Source of the DNA: the human T2T-CHM13v2.0 reference genome, Homo sapiens
Strand: one strand, 5' to 3'
Length of the DNA stretch: 64,000 nt
Assembly: GCF_009914755.1 (NCBI RefSeq)
Contig: NC_060932.1
Part shown: in pieces, positions 12,081 through 27,152 of the stretch
Position numbering within the stretch: position 1 is the stretch's first letter
Layout: every line of letters begins with the position of its first letter
Translations under genes and position numbers: made by a program
Notes under the pieces: generated by a model
Told to the model about the DNA's origin: nothing
The model's input: the letters and a program-made list of their open reading frames with translations, nothing else
Database searches by the model: none

Positions 12081-14779
12081 CTGTTATTAAACATATAAAT
12101 GACATAAGCAAAATGATCCTATTTTCTCATATCATACAATTTAAAATAAAATCTATATAGTTATTTTTCTGTCTCCTGTTTCCCAGAAATAACCCATACT
12201 AACTCAAATTCTGTTTAAGCTAAATAGACATAAACCTCATTTAGATTTATTTTTTAAAGTCTTATTTCCTTGAATTTTTGAAAATAGCAAGTGAATATAA
12301 ATTAGAAGAGCCATAAGTCTGGCTTTTTGCTGCTTGTAGTAATTTTTTTTGTTGACCTTGGAGTCAGTATTTATAGTTTCCTTTGAAGATCAGAGAACCC
12401 TAGGTTGCTTATTGCCCTAATCTTCAGAAAAGATCTATGACAGATTTTTTCTGATCTCAAAGAATACATCAAATCATATGAAACTGCTCAGTTATCAGCC
12501 ATGAAAACACAGGTCATTTCTACCAAAGAATAGATTACTCCAGCTTCATCATGAAAAGAATATTCTCCTTGGAAATACCCAGGCTGGTTTGCATTTTGAA
12601 TACATACCAGCTGTGATGGAAAAGAACAGTCTAAGCCTTTCAATTCCCAGAGTCCACTGCCTCACTTGCACAGCACAGGACATGAAAGAAATTGTGTCAA
12701 AAGCAGTTCAATTTAAAAATTTTATTCTTGTACTCAATAAAGCAAATTAAGTGAAAAAAGTTAAGCACTTTAGAACATTATGTTGACTGGCTCTAGTCAC
12801 CACTGCACTTTACTCCAGTCACGACAACGTTTTTTCCTATGTAATTAGTAGCTCTGTTTAAGTACAGACACTCCTCAGATGGTAACTCCAATTTATAAAT
12901 ACCCATATATACACAATTTCACAAAATACTTCCAGCTTTTAAATGCATGACTTAAAGGCAATTAATGGCAATGAACAGGTAGAGACCTGTTATTTGGAGG
13001 TTGCCTCAACTGGCCTGTGAGTGGGGAAGAAAGGTCAAGTCCTAGAGCAGCTGTGCTGACTGTGTTCCTTCTGGATTAGATTCTCAGCAGTTCTAATCTT
13101 CAGCACTCCAGAGACTGGGATATATAGGCACCAGGCTCCTCTGGACATTTTGTGCTTTTTCATTGCCTCAGACAGGCAGAAGCAGTCACCCAGGCTGCCT
13201 ACCATGCACACTTATTCTTCCCCACTCACATCCCATCTTCCTGTTCAGTGGATGATGTCTTTCAAGAAGTCTGTTCTCATAGCATTGGCCACACTCATCA
13301 GAATAGTTAACCAATTTCCCCACAAGCCTCCTCCTGGTACAGGCTCCTCTTGCTGGCAAGGCACTTCATGGACATTCCTTATAACTCTGAACAAATAGTG
13401 TTAAGAATTGAGACATGGACCTCTCTCTGAAGATGAGAGAAGTACTCTCAATTCACAATCCCATCTATAGCTTATTGATTGGTGCATTTGCAGATATGGG
13501 GAGTAGAATTAGAATATTCAGATTCTCCTATCTTCATTGAGGAAGAGAAATAAGGAAAGTGAGGAGGAGAGAAAGCTCCAGATCGACAGGGACTTTTGTG
13601 TTTTGTTCACTGGAAGCACCTGAAAGAGGGCCTGTCACCAAATAGATGCTCAGTAAACATTTATTCAGTGAATGAATAAAGAAGCTCAAGACTTAAATAG
13701 ATTCTTGGGGAAAATGAGAAGCCAAGTTATTAGGCAGGGATAATGCAGTGGAGAGAGAGAGAGATATGACAGATACTTGTCTGGACATTAGTGCCCGAGT
13801 GGCCTTCCAGTGAAAACTGCTAGGTTTGGAGCCCAGGCACAAAGGGAGTGAATCTTTGATGCCTGGTCTTAGAAACAGCCAATAAATATCACTGCAGGAT
13901 GAGACCCACATATTCTCATGTGCTGATATTCAACATATTGCCTAATGAGATTTTTTCAAATACAAATCTGGTATTGAAGCCATAGTTTTCTATTATTTTA
14001 TTGTCAATGTTTAATATTTCCTCTATACTAGTTGTGGGCTTTTTATAGCCTCAGTTGCCTTATGTGACCTATAAGTTGGATACTACTTATTTTATTGACT
14101 ATTAAAATAAACAGGACTTTTGTTCTGTAACTCAGCAGAAGCCCTTAGAAAAGAAGTCTTTTCAAAACATTCTTCAGAAAGCTGTGAGCTAACACTTTGC
14201 TTCAGATGTGCAGACAGATTCCAATTCTGTTGTCTATCAAGTTAAACTGTTCCTTAGAATTAGTCGAAGAGGTGATGAAATTAATGCCCAGTGTGAAGTC
14301 AGGATCAGGGAACAGAGAAGGGAACCCAAATAGCCAGACCTTTGAAGTGTGAATTCAAGATGTGTTCAATGCATTATGAATATCTGGGCCATCAGTCACT
14401 AACATATGAGAATGATAAGTTTAAAGAGCGCTTTCCAACTTTGAAACTCCAAAATAAATTATCTTTATTATTCATCATTTGCTATTACCAATATTGTCTT
14501 CTGTCCATCAATGTGTATTTGCTAAAGTTGATGGTTCAGCAAAATAAAATCAATTCTCTAAAAATTAACTAGAATGTTATTGAGATTTTACTCATAATCC
14601 ACTCTATATTTTTGAATACTTGAAATATGCTAAAGATTGTAGACAGCGTAGATGTTCACATTACCTGACTCAATCACCAAACCGTGGAGGTTCTACTCTG
14701 TCAGGCTAGTCCTTGTAGATACAACAGAACTTATAATCTAGTGGGGGAAACAGATATATCAATAAATATAAACAACACT

Positions 14780-15880
14780 CATTCATTCAGTAAGTATTTA
14801 TTGAGCACCTAGTATGTGCCAGTGATTGTTCCAGGTGCTGGGACTGTTCAGTGAACAAACATGGTAACAGTAGAGATACATATGTGTGAGATACAGCAGA
14901 ACCACAGGGGAGAATTAGAGAAGTTTTCACAGAGGAGAAACACTTGATTTGAGAAATGAAGAATGAGTAGGAGACGGCCAGTAAAGAAGGAGATTTGCGA
15001 GGGGTAATACAAAAACATTGAAGGCAGAGGAATGTCAAGTAGAGATAGGAGAAGAGAACAGGGTGTGTTCTGGGAATATAAAGTAGTTTGGTATTGCTGA
15101 TTCAATAGGGGTAGAGGAAGGTGAGGAAATCAAACTATAATCAGGAATTACATCACCAAGGATTATAAGTGACATGCAAATAAGTGTAGTTTTATGTTGT
15201 ATGATGCAGGATTTGGGGAGCCTTGAAAGAATTTTGAGCAGAGGAGTCAGGCTCCATTTTGATAGAGCCCAGCATGGGAGGAAATGGAAAGGTGGAGAGC
15301 AGTCAGAAGGGGGTTACAGACAGCAGCAAGGAGATTAGATGGACTGAGGAGTGCCCAGGAGCGGTAGGAATGGGGAGTAGAGAACACAGTCAGTGGTTGT
15401 GTGGCAGATAGAATTTAAGACTCTCAGATTTCTAGTTTGAGCAACTAGATGGAGTGAAGTAGGGAGAAGAGGACAGAGAAAATAATGAGTGTAACTTAGA
15501 ACCAGCACATTCAGGTAGAGAAATTCAACAGGCAATTGGGTATACTGCGCATTTCAGAGGAGAAAAATGGGCCCAAGGTAGAAGATGATTGGCATTGATA
15601 AGATTGCTTCTGGAGAGGATGAAGTTTCCCTTAGAGAATATAGAAAACATCAGTATTGCAGGGGTCAGAGATGGTAGAGGAAGAGGAACCTACAATAAGA
15701 GGAGAGAGAGAGAAGGTATGGCCAGTGGGTGGGAAGAGACGAAGAAAAGTCTGGTATTGTAGACACCAAGTAAAGAAAATTTTACAAAAAAAGGAAAGGT
15801 AAAGTGCGTCTGTGGCAGAGAGAGCTCAAGTAATAAAAGGTCAAGAGGTGAAGAGGAACTAACAGAATTGCCTACAAGAA
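14780..15880 (-). mobile_element. L2 LINE fragment
   Basis: 'attcattcagtaagtatttattgagcacctagtatgtgccag' followed by purine-rich antisense L2 body. Confidence 0.75.
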
Positions 15881-17909
15881 AGTCTAATGTTCTTATCCAG
15901 AGGCCTCTACAGAAAATTCTTTGGCCTTTGAATTAGATCACAGCTGAATTCTTGGTGATCTTTATTTATTTATTTTTTCTGATTTCATCAAGAATTTTGT
16001 CCTTTTTTATTTTTTCCCCTCAGCCTGTTAGGTTACAGCATTATCCATTTCGAAGTTAAACTTAGGGATTTCTAAATTCGGCATGGACCCTGGATACAAC
16101 ATTGAAGTATGTAAAGTTTGTCTTCACCACCCAGTGGTTCCTTTTTTATTTCCCCTCTGTTCTCCCCAGCCTTGCTTACATTCTCTTCCTTCGACTTCAG
16201 GCTCCCAATGTGTTGATGCTTTCTTACCCTCTCCCTTCCTCCATCAGAAATGATTCCTGGCAAAAAAAAAAAAACACAAAAAAAAAACTTTATAAACAAA
16301 TCCACCTTGAAGCCAAGTATGGTTACTCTTCTAGAGTATTTATAATTTAATGGGTCATTAGTGGAAGTGTCAGGGTGGAGAGATTTGAGGTCAGGGATGT
16401 TTCCCCAATTCCCTTCTAAGGTGACCCCTTACTGCACAGCAATCCTTCCTTGAGATAGAAGACAAGTTGGTGCAAGAATGCCTAATTATTCCTCCTAGAG
16501 CCATACTACACCTTTAGAAGACTTAAAGGTCACAAACATTTATTATATCAGTAATGTTCTTTTTGGCAATTATATTTTTGGCTGATAGTATTTCAGTGTA
16601 CTCAGTTGCTAACATAATAGCCAAAGAACACGTATCCTTTATCTTGTTTAATGCCAATTACTCTGTCACTATTTTGCTTGGCACTGTTGGAATAACTTCA
16701 AATGTGGTATGGGACAGACAAGTTCAGCTCTACAGAAGCCAAATATATCTATGTCTACTGAATCAGCTGTTCCCTATTACATTTTTTAATCAGTATTAAT
16801 AACTGATTTCTGTACAGCCAAGTAGTTTGATCGTGCTTTTAATTTAATTCAGTTGTTTAGAAAGGGAAAACAATCTCATTATTCGTTTTTAAGATTCATT
16901 TTATGTGTGCAGTAAGTATAGATACCGCGTTTCCTAAAACAGTCTCTGCCGAAGTTCTCTGATTGGAAAAAAATAATAGCTCAGTGAGTGAAAAATTTTA
17001 TTGTTATGAACTTCGTTTTTAAAAGTAAAGGTAAATGACAAAGAGGATTTGCCTATTCTCATATGCAATGGAAAACTATATTAACTTTTGTTCAGTGTAT
17101 CATTTAAAATGTGTTATGCTGTCATGGATATGTTTGTATCTCATGTAAATTATTTATGCTCTTAATCCTTTGTTAACATTTAAGCCTCAGGGAGCAAGGT
17201 TCCTAATAAATGCACTGTGTAAAAATATTCTTTTACCAAAAGAGAGGAGAAAGTGTACAAGCCCAAAGATATCCTAACCATCAAAGGCCCATTATCAGAG
17301 GCGTGTGTGGACCAGCGAGCTCATCCTGCCCAGAATGCTCAGTCTTAACGCTCCTCATGGGCAGGAAGCAGTGGATTAGCAATGCTTTCCCTTTAATTTG
17401 TGTTATGTAAGAAATGCGAAGGAAAATCTCTAGTACGTCCCTTAATAGTCTCACTAGAATAGACTGGGTGAACTGATAATGACTACAGTATTTAAAGAAA
17501 AGTACTCTCTAAGAAATAGAAGCATTACTCCAAATGAATGATGAGAACTTTATTATCAGAAAAGAGAGCTAGGCACAGAAATGTAGGAATAGAAATAATC
17601 TACTCAGGACCTGGTGTGATTGTATTTTCTCTGAGGTGTTGTCAAGGACCATTAAGCAGAAGAGGCATTTATAGAATCATAAGACTGTCAGAACGGAAAG
17701 GGTCATCTTTAGTCCAATCTTCTAATTTTACAGGTGAGAAAACCCAGGCCCATTTTTATAAGGGTAATAATACCCTGTGAATTCTGTTGAGGGACAGGCA
17801 TTCTTGGGGAAATGGGGACCTAGAAGTAGACCTTGGGCAGAGGTGAGGGAGGAAAGACAGGCTGGTTTTCAGAAAGGAAGTCCAAACTCCCGGAAAGAGC
17901 ATGGCACAA

Positions 17910-18266
<357 letters not shown>

Positions 18267-18788
18267 TTACTGGGAGGCCAATCTGTTGGCACGTGTACAT
18301 CTAGGTAGGTAGTGAACCCTGAGCTGGTAGCTGGGGCCTTAGTTATTCATCTTCAATCCAGAGGCAGATGTCTTGCCCCTAGAAAGAAGGAAAGTCTAAC
18401 AAGAGCAAGACAAGGCTTCAATCCCAGAAAGACTGGGATGGCAATTAGGTTAAAAATAGATAATCAGCATCATTAGACTGGATGTTCAAGGTGAGTATTA
18501 CAGCTTTGGAGCAAGAGAGATTCGTAGTACTGGGGCACAGGGTCAGAGCTCACAGAAACAAAGTAGAAAAATGGTGTGTTCCAAGATGCTAAGGTAGAAG
18601 CCCCTACATTCTTCTTAAGAGAAGGATTTTTCTAAGAAACCCTAGTATGTGGAAATTCAGTGGTTCCAGCTGTGAGAATAGGGCTTCAAATCCTGTGAAA
18701 CTACATTTAGACACTACTAATATCCCGGACTCAACTTGATTTAAAGCAATTTTTGTGCATTATCAGGTTACTTTTCACATTTAATAGA

Positions 18789-19156
18789 TGTCTTAGTCCA
18801 TTCAATTTGCTATAAAAATACTATAGACTAAGTGGCTAGTAAACAATTTATTTCTCACAGTTCTGAAGGCTGCAAAGCCCAAGATTAAGATGCTGACAGA
18901 TTCAGTTTCTGGTGAGGGATTGCTTCCTGGTTCACAGACAGCAGTCTTTTTGCTGCAACTTCACACGGTAGGAGGAAGTGAAGGAGGTCTCTGGGGTCTC
19001 TTTTATAAGGACAGTAATCCCATTTATGAGGGCTCTTCTCTCAAGACCTAATTACCTCCCACAGGCCCCACCTCCAAATACCATCACATGGTCATTAGTG
19101 TTTAACATTTTAATCGTGGGTGTTGGGAAGGAGACACAAACATTCAGTCTAAGACA
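18789..19156 (-). mobile_element. MaLR solo LTR (MLT1A-like)
   Basis: 'tgtcttagtccatt...tttatttctcacagttctgaaggctg...acacaaacattcagtc'. Confidence 0.8.
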
Positions 19157-19498
19157 ATAGATGAACCTGATCTAGGGATTTTACTGTAGCAGTTCTCAAA
19201 TATAACTTGTATTAGCAACATAGGAATAAAGAAGTAGAAGAAAGCTTGTTCTTTCATTCCTCATTAATAATATTATTTGTTCTCATGCATGAATTTAATA
19301 ACAGAACTTTGAATAGTGCCTCTTGCTTTTATTTCCAGCAAAAAGAGAAAAGTGAAGAAAATGAAAATATAATTAGAATACGATACCAGATTTCAGATGA
19401 GTAGAATAATCTGTGTTCTTTGAAAATTAATGTTATGCATTTCAGCATTTGCTTAGACCCTACCCTGTGAAGGAGCTTTGGACTGAAGTTTAACATGG

Positions 19499-19961
19499 TG
19501 TGATGGTTAATGTTATATGTCAGCCCGACTAGGCTATGTGGTACCCAGTTGTTTGGTCGGACACTAGTATAAATGTTACTGTAAGGATTTTTTTAAAAAA
19601 AATATAATTAACATTTAAATCAGTAGACTTTGTGTAAAGCAGATTACCCTCCATGATGTGAATGGGCCTCTTCCAATCAGGTAAAGGTCGTAAGAACAAA
19701 GACTGAGGTTTCCTGAAAAAGGAATTCTCCTTGATACTGCAACATAGAAACTGCGTCAGTCTCCATCCTGTGGAATTTGGACTCAAGACTGCAACATCAA
19801 CTCTTGCCTGAAATTCCAGCTGCTGATTTGTCCTACAAATTTCAGACTTGATAATCTTTACAATCACATGAGACAATTTCTTAAAATCAATCTCTATCTA
19901 TATATTTATCATCTATCTATCCTTTTGGTTCTGTTTCTCTGGAAAACTTGGCTCATGCACA
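19499..19961 (+). mobile_element. ERVL solo LTR (MLT2-type)
   Basis: 'tgtgatggttaat...tgtcagcccgactaggc...ggttctgtttctctgga'. Confidence 0.82.
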
Positions 19962-20784
19962 TGGCCTGTTTTCACACTGAAAGTCAGTCAAATGCAGAAA
20001 AATCTTCAACATCACAAGTATAAGAGCTTTGTCTGATTAGGCCAGAAGCATTTGGATTTCTTTTTTAAGTGTTACCAGGAAAACAACACATCTCAATACA
20101 TTGTACTTCAATTTCCCATGCCAAGACTTGATTGGTTTCATCTAAATTTGAGTCACAATAAATCTTGCATCTACTGAATCTCTGCCATTTTTCCTTTCAG
20201 GAGTTCTTTAAGCCAAGTTTTAGTGGGAACATGTGAAAATAACTGTGAGGCCGTGGCAAATAGGAAAATCTGATAATTTGAAGGGCACTTTGATGAGTAG
20301 CTTAGATCATGAATTACGCCAAGCATTTATTTTAAAAATGGTATCAAGTTGAGCAACTGATTTGTTGTTTGCCATCAATTACAAAACATTTAATTAAACC
20401 AGGGATTTAAAAAATACCCTTTCCATTCGTATTTTTGTGACGTCTTAAAAGTTCAATGTAACCTAAAAGGATCTCCAATTCTCACTTACTGGTTTTGCAA
20501 ATTGGGTACAGAAAAATTAAATGATTGTGAGTAGTGATTTTTTCTCAGCCCACAGCCAGATTAAAGTTTTGTAAACATGTCAAATCATGTCAACCTACTC
20601 AGAAATGTCCAAGGACTTCCTAACTCATTCTGAGAGAAACTAAAGGCCTTTCAAGTTGTACAAGCCATCCCTTGAGCTGCAACTTCCTTCTATGACCCCG
20701 GTTGTCACTTTGACTTCATCTCCTAGCATTGTCTTCCTAGTGAGAAAGAGACAGAGAGAACCAAAGAGAGAGAAAGAGAGAAAT

Positions 20785-21141
20785 TTTTAATGAATTGGCT
20801 CATGCAGTTGTGGGGGCCAGCAAGTCTGAAATCTGCAGGCCAAGCTGGCAGGCTGGAGACTCAGGAAATAGTTGGTATTGAAGCTCAAATTCAAAGATAG
20901 TCTGGAGGCAAAATTCTTTCTACCTGGGGGAACTTCAGTTTTTGCTCTGAAGGCCTTCCACTGATTGAATTAGGTTCACCTACATTATGGAGGCTAATTT
21001 GCTTTACTCTAAGTCTACTGATTTAAATGTTAATCTCATCTAAGAAATACCTTCAAAAAATCTAGCTACATCTAGATTAATGTTTGACAAAATATCTAGG
21101 TTCCATGGCCCAGCCAAGTTGACACAAAATTAACCATCACA
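20785..21141 (-). mobile_element. ERVL LTR fragment (MLT2-type)
   Basis: 'aattggctcatgc...caagttgacacaaaattaaccatcaca'. Confidence 0.78.
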
Positions 21142-22369
21142 GTGGTATTATGTGAAGAAATGAGAATCAAACTTAAGTGGAAATGGAAAGGAGAAGAAAG
21201 GAAGAATGGTGTGGAAGCAGTAATGGGAAACAAGGGGACATGTACTCCACATCGTCTGACTTAATGCTGGGTCAATTTGCTACTTAACTAGAGAGTTTTA
21301 CTGTCCTGTTACATAGGAATGAGATTGGCTCCTGAATCAGGAACCAAAGTAACCAGATAGGTGTAACACAGTCTTCAGTTGTTAGAGCAAGTTACGGCAT
21401 GATAGTCCAGATCATTGACATTCTAGCCATATATGTTGAATATACTTGCTTAATTGTTACAACACTTTGCCTCATTTTTCCTAATACCACATATAAAACA
21501 CTAGATGAGATATTTATCACATGTGTTAGAACATGGGCATTCTCTGTGCTTGTGTTTACTCGACATATATTTTTATATTTTCCCTACTTGCTGTTTTTAA
21601 ACTATAAAAATGGTTCTAGAATATCATATGATAATGAGTACTGGGCATTTGGCTTTAATAATAGCAACATTGGTAATGATTATGAACTGTCTTCTCATGT
21701 CACCATGAATATCATTCATGGACTGATTCATGTGCCATTTCTAGGCACGTGATCCTAGAAATGTTAGTATTCTATCAACTTCACTACAGCAAATAGGACT
21801 AAATATGTCATTATATAATCTATGATATGCTAGCCTAGCATATCAAACTGGTCCAACAAGAAGTTACCATCCCAATTTTTAGTGTTACATTATCCTACAT
21901 ATACATTACCCATTTTTAGCTCCAGATCTATGAATATTTTTGTTATGATTATGGTGAAGACCACCCATTGACTAAGTCTGATTTTCTTAGAAGGAAATAT
22001 GTGTATTTCCTATTACACGGTTGCTATTTAACAAACCTACCAAGCAGAAGTTGATATTTGACAAACCTTCTGAGCAGAAGTGTACAGCTGTGAATCCAAA
22101 GACCTTTCTCTTCATTTTGTGAAATTTCTGACAAATTCATCAGTAAAGGATTTTGTTATGGTCATATATTTGTTCTGTTTCACTGTTGTTTTTATTGTTT
22201 TCCTGTTTCTTTAGAATATGCTTTCTTCTTGCTTCTCCTGGTCAGGCTTGAGATAGGAGCTTCTTATAAATATTATTTGAGCAGTGATTTTTTACAAAAG
22301 TTACTTTTGCATAATGCTCGCAATAACCACCATTTCTTGAATACCCACACTGCCCTTTATGCATATGAA

Positions 22370-22900
22370 TATTGTTAATATCCATAATTTTGACAATTGA
22401 GGTAACCGAAGCTTAGAGAGGTGGAGTAACTTATGTAAGATGTCAAAACTAATAAATGGCAGGGAATGATTTGAACCCATCTGTTAGACTCTGAAGCCCT
22501 TGTTCTTTCTACTGCGTCATGCTGCATACACTAGCTCATTTTATCTTTTTAGCAATAATAAGTGCTGACATTTTTTGAACACTTAATATGTACCTGTTTT
22601 ACACATTTGACATATATTCTCTCTTTAATCCTTAAATAGCCTTATAAGGTAGGAACTATTATCTTTCCTTTGTAAAAGAAGAAACGGAGGCACCAGAAGG
22701 ATAAGTAATGTGCCAAAAATCAGATAACTAGTTACTGGTGGAGGTTGGGTAAGTAAAGGAGATGTCATTATGATTCCCATTTTACAGAAGAAGAGACAGA
22801 TTCAGAGAGATCAATGATTGGTTCATGTTTACAAGGCTGGTAAGTGGCAAAATTGAGTCTCGTTGCTTTTCTGGTTCCAAATTTCATGGCTTTAACAAGG
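22370..22900 (-). mobile_element. Cluster of MIR fragments
   Basis: Three MIR cores, e.g. 'cccattttacagaagaagagacagattcagagag' and 'gaggtaaccgaagcttagagaggtggagtaactt'. Confidence 0.65.
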
Positions 22901-23878
22901 GTAGTATAAGATTATTTTTTTAAAAATTGAGTTTTTAATGGATATTGAAAGATATAAGAGCTGTATAATGAGAACTCTAAGCATTTCCTGTACATAAAAC
23001 TTAAATGAAGTGAATGCAAGTAAGGGATGCAGAGGAAACATATTAAAAGCACTAAATAACCCTTTCACACCATGAAGGATAACTGTGGGCCATTAAGGAA
23101 AAACAACAAAAGACAGCCCAACCAAGCATACAGAAATCAGAAATTAGATTACTCTTTAGAAACAGATGTAACTAGCAATTGTAAAGATATTTTTAAATCT
23201 ATGCATTGAGGATAACCATTTAACTCTACATCTTTCTTTTCCCTTTTCACCATGTTTAATAGCCAAATCACTTTGGTCACTTCTTTCAACATTTGAAATG
23301 CAAGCAATCATGGCTTCATCAGTATAATGCTGTGAAGTTTGTAAAACAAAACTCGAGACCCTGAAAGAATCAATTTCTAAACTCCAAATTCCTCCTCGCT
23401 CCTTTCTTTTAAGGAGTGAGTATAACTATTTACTACCAACAGTAAGTATCAGCAATAAATGAGTTTTCATTTAGGCAGAAATTGTTCTCAGTTCTGATTA
23501 TGTGAGTAATGTGCTATGATCTCTAGTAGTCGTGGCAAACTTGCCAAACTTTCCAGCCTGGCAGACTCTGCACTCATTCAATCACATGTCCTATGGGACA
23601 ACAACAACAAAACTTGAGACAAAGGAAAAATAATAACACAGAAATTTATACTCGTGTAGGAAGTCGGATTTTAATTTTAAAACACTTTAAATATTATAAA
23701 CAATAAAATCGGATTATGAGTCTGGTGGAGGTTAGGTGAAACAATGCGATTACTCATCTGAAGGAATCTGTGTTACTAAATTTATATCATTACTGAATCA
23801 CTCTATGTGGCATGGAGTGTATTTTTTAAATTTTTATTTGAGGTTCAGAAGCATATGTGCAGGTTTTGTCATATAGGT

Positions 23879-26130
23879 TGATATGATTTGGCTGTGTCCC
23901 CACCCAAATCTCATCTTGAATTGTAGCTCCCATAATCCCCACATGTCCTGGGAGGGACCTGGTCAGAGGTAATTGAATCATGGGGTCAGGTTTTTCCCGT
24001 GCTGTTCTCATGATAGTGAGTAAGTATCATGAGATCTGATGGTTTTATAAAGGACAGTTTCCCTGCACACAGTCTCTTGCCTGCTGCCATGTAAGATGTG
24101 CCTTTGCTCCTCCTTCACCTTCCGCCATGATTGTAAGGCCTCCCCAGCCATGTGGAACTGTGAGTCCATTTAACCTCCTTTTCTTTATAAATTACCCAGT
24201 CTCAGGCGTTTCTTCATAGCAGTATGAAAATGGACTAATTCAGTAAATTGGTACTGCAGAGAGTGGGGCGCTGCTGTAAAGATACCTGAAAATGTGGAAG
24301 TGACTTTGAACCTGGGTAACAGGCAGAGGTCGGAACAGTTTGGAGGGCTCAGAAGATGATGGGAAGATGTGGGAATGTTTGGGACTTCCTAGAGACTTGT
24401 TGAATGACTTTGACCAAAATGCTGATAGTGACATGGACAATAAAGTCCAGACTGAGATGGTCTCAGATGGAGATGAGAAACTTTTTGGGAATTGGAGTAC
24501 AGGTCACTCTTGCTATGCAAAGAGACTGGCAGCATTTTGCCTCTGTCCTAGAGATCTGTGGAATCTTGAACTTGAGAGAGATGATTTGGGGTATCTGGCA
24601 GAAGGAATCTCTAAGCAGCAAAGTGTTCAAGAGGAAGCAGAGCATAAAAGTTTGGAAAATTTGCAGCCTGATGATGTGATAGAAAAGAAAAACCCATCTT
24701 CTGGGGAGAAATTCAAGCCAGCTGCAGAAATTTGTATAAGTAATGAGGAGCAGAACATTAATCACCAAGACAATGGGGAAAATGTCTCCAGGGCATGTTA
24801 GAGACCTTCCCGGCAGCCCCTCCCATCACAGGCCCAGATGCCTAGGAGGGAAAAAGGGTTTCCTGGGCTGGCTACAGGCCCCCCTGCCAATGTGTGCAGT
24901 CTTAGGACTTGGTGTCCTGTGTCCCAGCTGCATCAGCTGTGGCAGAAGGGCCCAAGGGACAGCTCAGGCCACGGCTTCAGAGGGTACAAGCCCCAAACCT
25001 TGGCAGCTTCCACATGGTGTTGGTCCTGCAGGTGCACAGAAGAGAAGAATTGAGGTGTGGGAACCTCTCCCTAGATTTCAGAGGATGTATGGAAACACCT
25101 GGATTTCCAGGCAGAAGTTTGCTGCAGGGGTGGAGCCCTCACGGAGAACCTATGCTAGGGCAGAAGGGAAATACGGGGTCAGAGCCCCCACACAGAGTCC
25201 CCACTGGGGCATCACCTAGTGGAGCTGTGAGAAGAAGGCCACTGTCCTCCAGAACTCAGAATGGTAGATGCACTGACAGCTTGCACCATGTGCCTAGAAA
25301 AGCTGCAGATACTCAGTGCTAGTCCATGAAAGCAGCCTGAAGCGGGGCTATACCCTGCAAAGCCACAGGGGCAGAGCTGCCCAAGACCATGGGAATCCAC
25401 CTCTTGCATCAGCATGACCTGGATGTGAGACATGGAGTCAAAGGAGACCATTTTGGAGCTTTAAGATTTGACTGCCCCACTGGATTTTGAACTTGCATGG
25501 GGCCTGTAGCCCCTTCATTTTGGCCAATTTCTCCCATTTGGAATGGGTGTATTTGCCCAATGCCTGTACCCCCATTGTATCTAGGAAGTAATTAACTTGC
25601 TTTTGATTTTACAGGCTCATAGGCAGAAGCGACCTGCCTTGTCTCAGATGAGTCTTTGGACTGTGGACTTTTGAGTTAATGCTGAAATGAGTTAAGACTT
25701 TGGGGGACTGTTGGGAAGGGATGGTTTTGAAATGTGAGGGCATGAGATTTGGGAGGGGCCAGGGACAGAATGATGTGGTTTGGCTGTGTCCCCACCTAAA
25801 TTTCTTCTTGAATTGTAGCTCCCATAATTCCCACATGTGGGGGAGGGGCCTGGTGGGAGGTAATTGAATCATGGGGTTGCGTTTTTCCCCATGCTGTCCT
25901 CATGAGGGTGAATAAGTCTGATGAGATTTGATGGTTTTATAAAGGGCAGTTCCCCTGCACAGAGTCTCTTGCTTGCTGCCATGTAAGATGTGCCTTTGCT
26001 CCTCCTTCGCCTTCTGCCATGGTTGTAAGGCTTCCTCAGCCTTGTGGAAGTGTGAGCCCATTAAACTTCTTTCCATAAATTACCCAGTCTTGGGTATGTC
26101 CTTATAGCTGTGTGAGAACAGATTAATACA
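23879..26130 (+). mobile_element. Complete THE1 (THE1C/D-like) MaLR provirus: 5'LTR 23879-24242, internal 24243-25770, 3'LTR 25771-26130
   Basis: Two homologous ~360-bp LTRs with TG...CA ends, THE1-int sequence between them, perfect 5-bp TSD TAGGT (23874-23878 / 26131-26135). Confidence 0.93.
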
Positions 26131-26768
26131 TAGGTAAACTGCATGTCATGGAGGTCTGGTGTACAGATAATTTTGTCAAATGAGTAATAAGCATAGTACT
26201 CGATAGGTATTTTTTCTGATCCTCCCCCTCCTAGCATCCATATGTTCTCACCTATCTATAAGAACATGTGATATTTGGTTTTCTGTTCCTGTGTTAGTTT
26301 GCTTAGGATAATGGCCTTCAGCTCCATCCATGTTGCTGCAAAGGACATGATCTTGTTCTTTCTTTATGGCTACATAGCATTTGTGGTATATATGTACCAC
26401 GTTTTCTTTATCCAGTCTACTGTTGATGGGCTTTAGATTGGTTCTATGTCTTTGCTATTGTGAATAGTGCTGCAATGAACATACACATGTATGTGTCTTT
26501 ATGGTAGAATAATTTATATTCCTTTGGGTATATACCCAATAATGGGATTGCTGGGTTGAATGATATTTCTGTTTTAACTTCTTTGAAGAATTGCCACATT
26601 GCTTTCCACAATAGCTGAGCTAATTTACAATCCTACCAGCAGTGTATAAGCATTCCCTTTTCTTTGCAACCTCACCAGCATCTATTATTTTCTGACTTTT
26701 TAGTAATAGTCATCTGACTGGTATGAGATGATATCTCATTGTGGTTTTTATTTGCATTTCTCTAATGA

Positions 26769-27152
<384 letters not shown>

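Noticed and set aside
24340-25322. 153-aa and neighbouring ORFs
   Set aside because: Decayed THE1 internal ORF remnants, fragmented, with the 153-aa ORF starting at TTG; not a host gene
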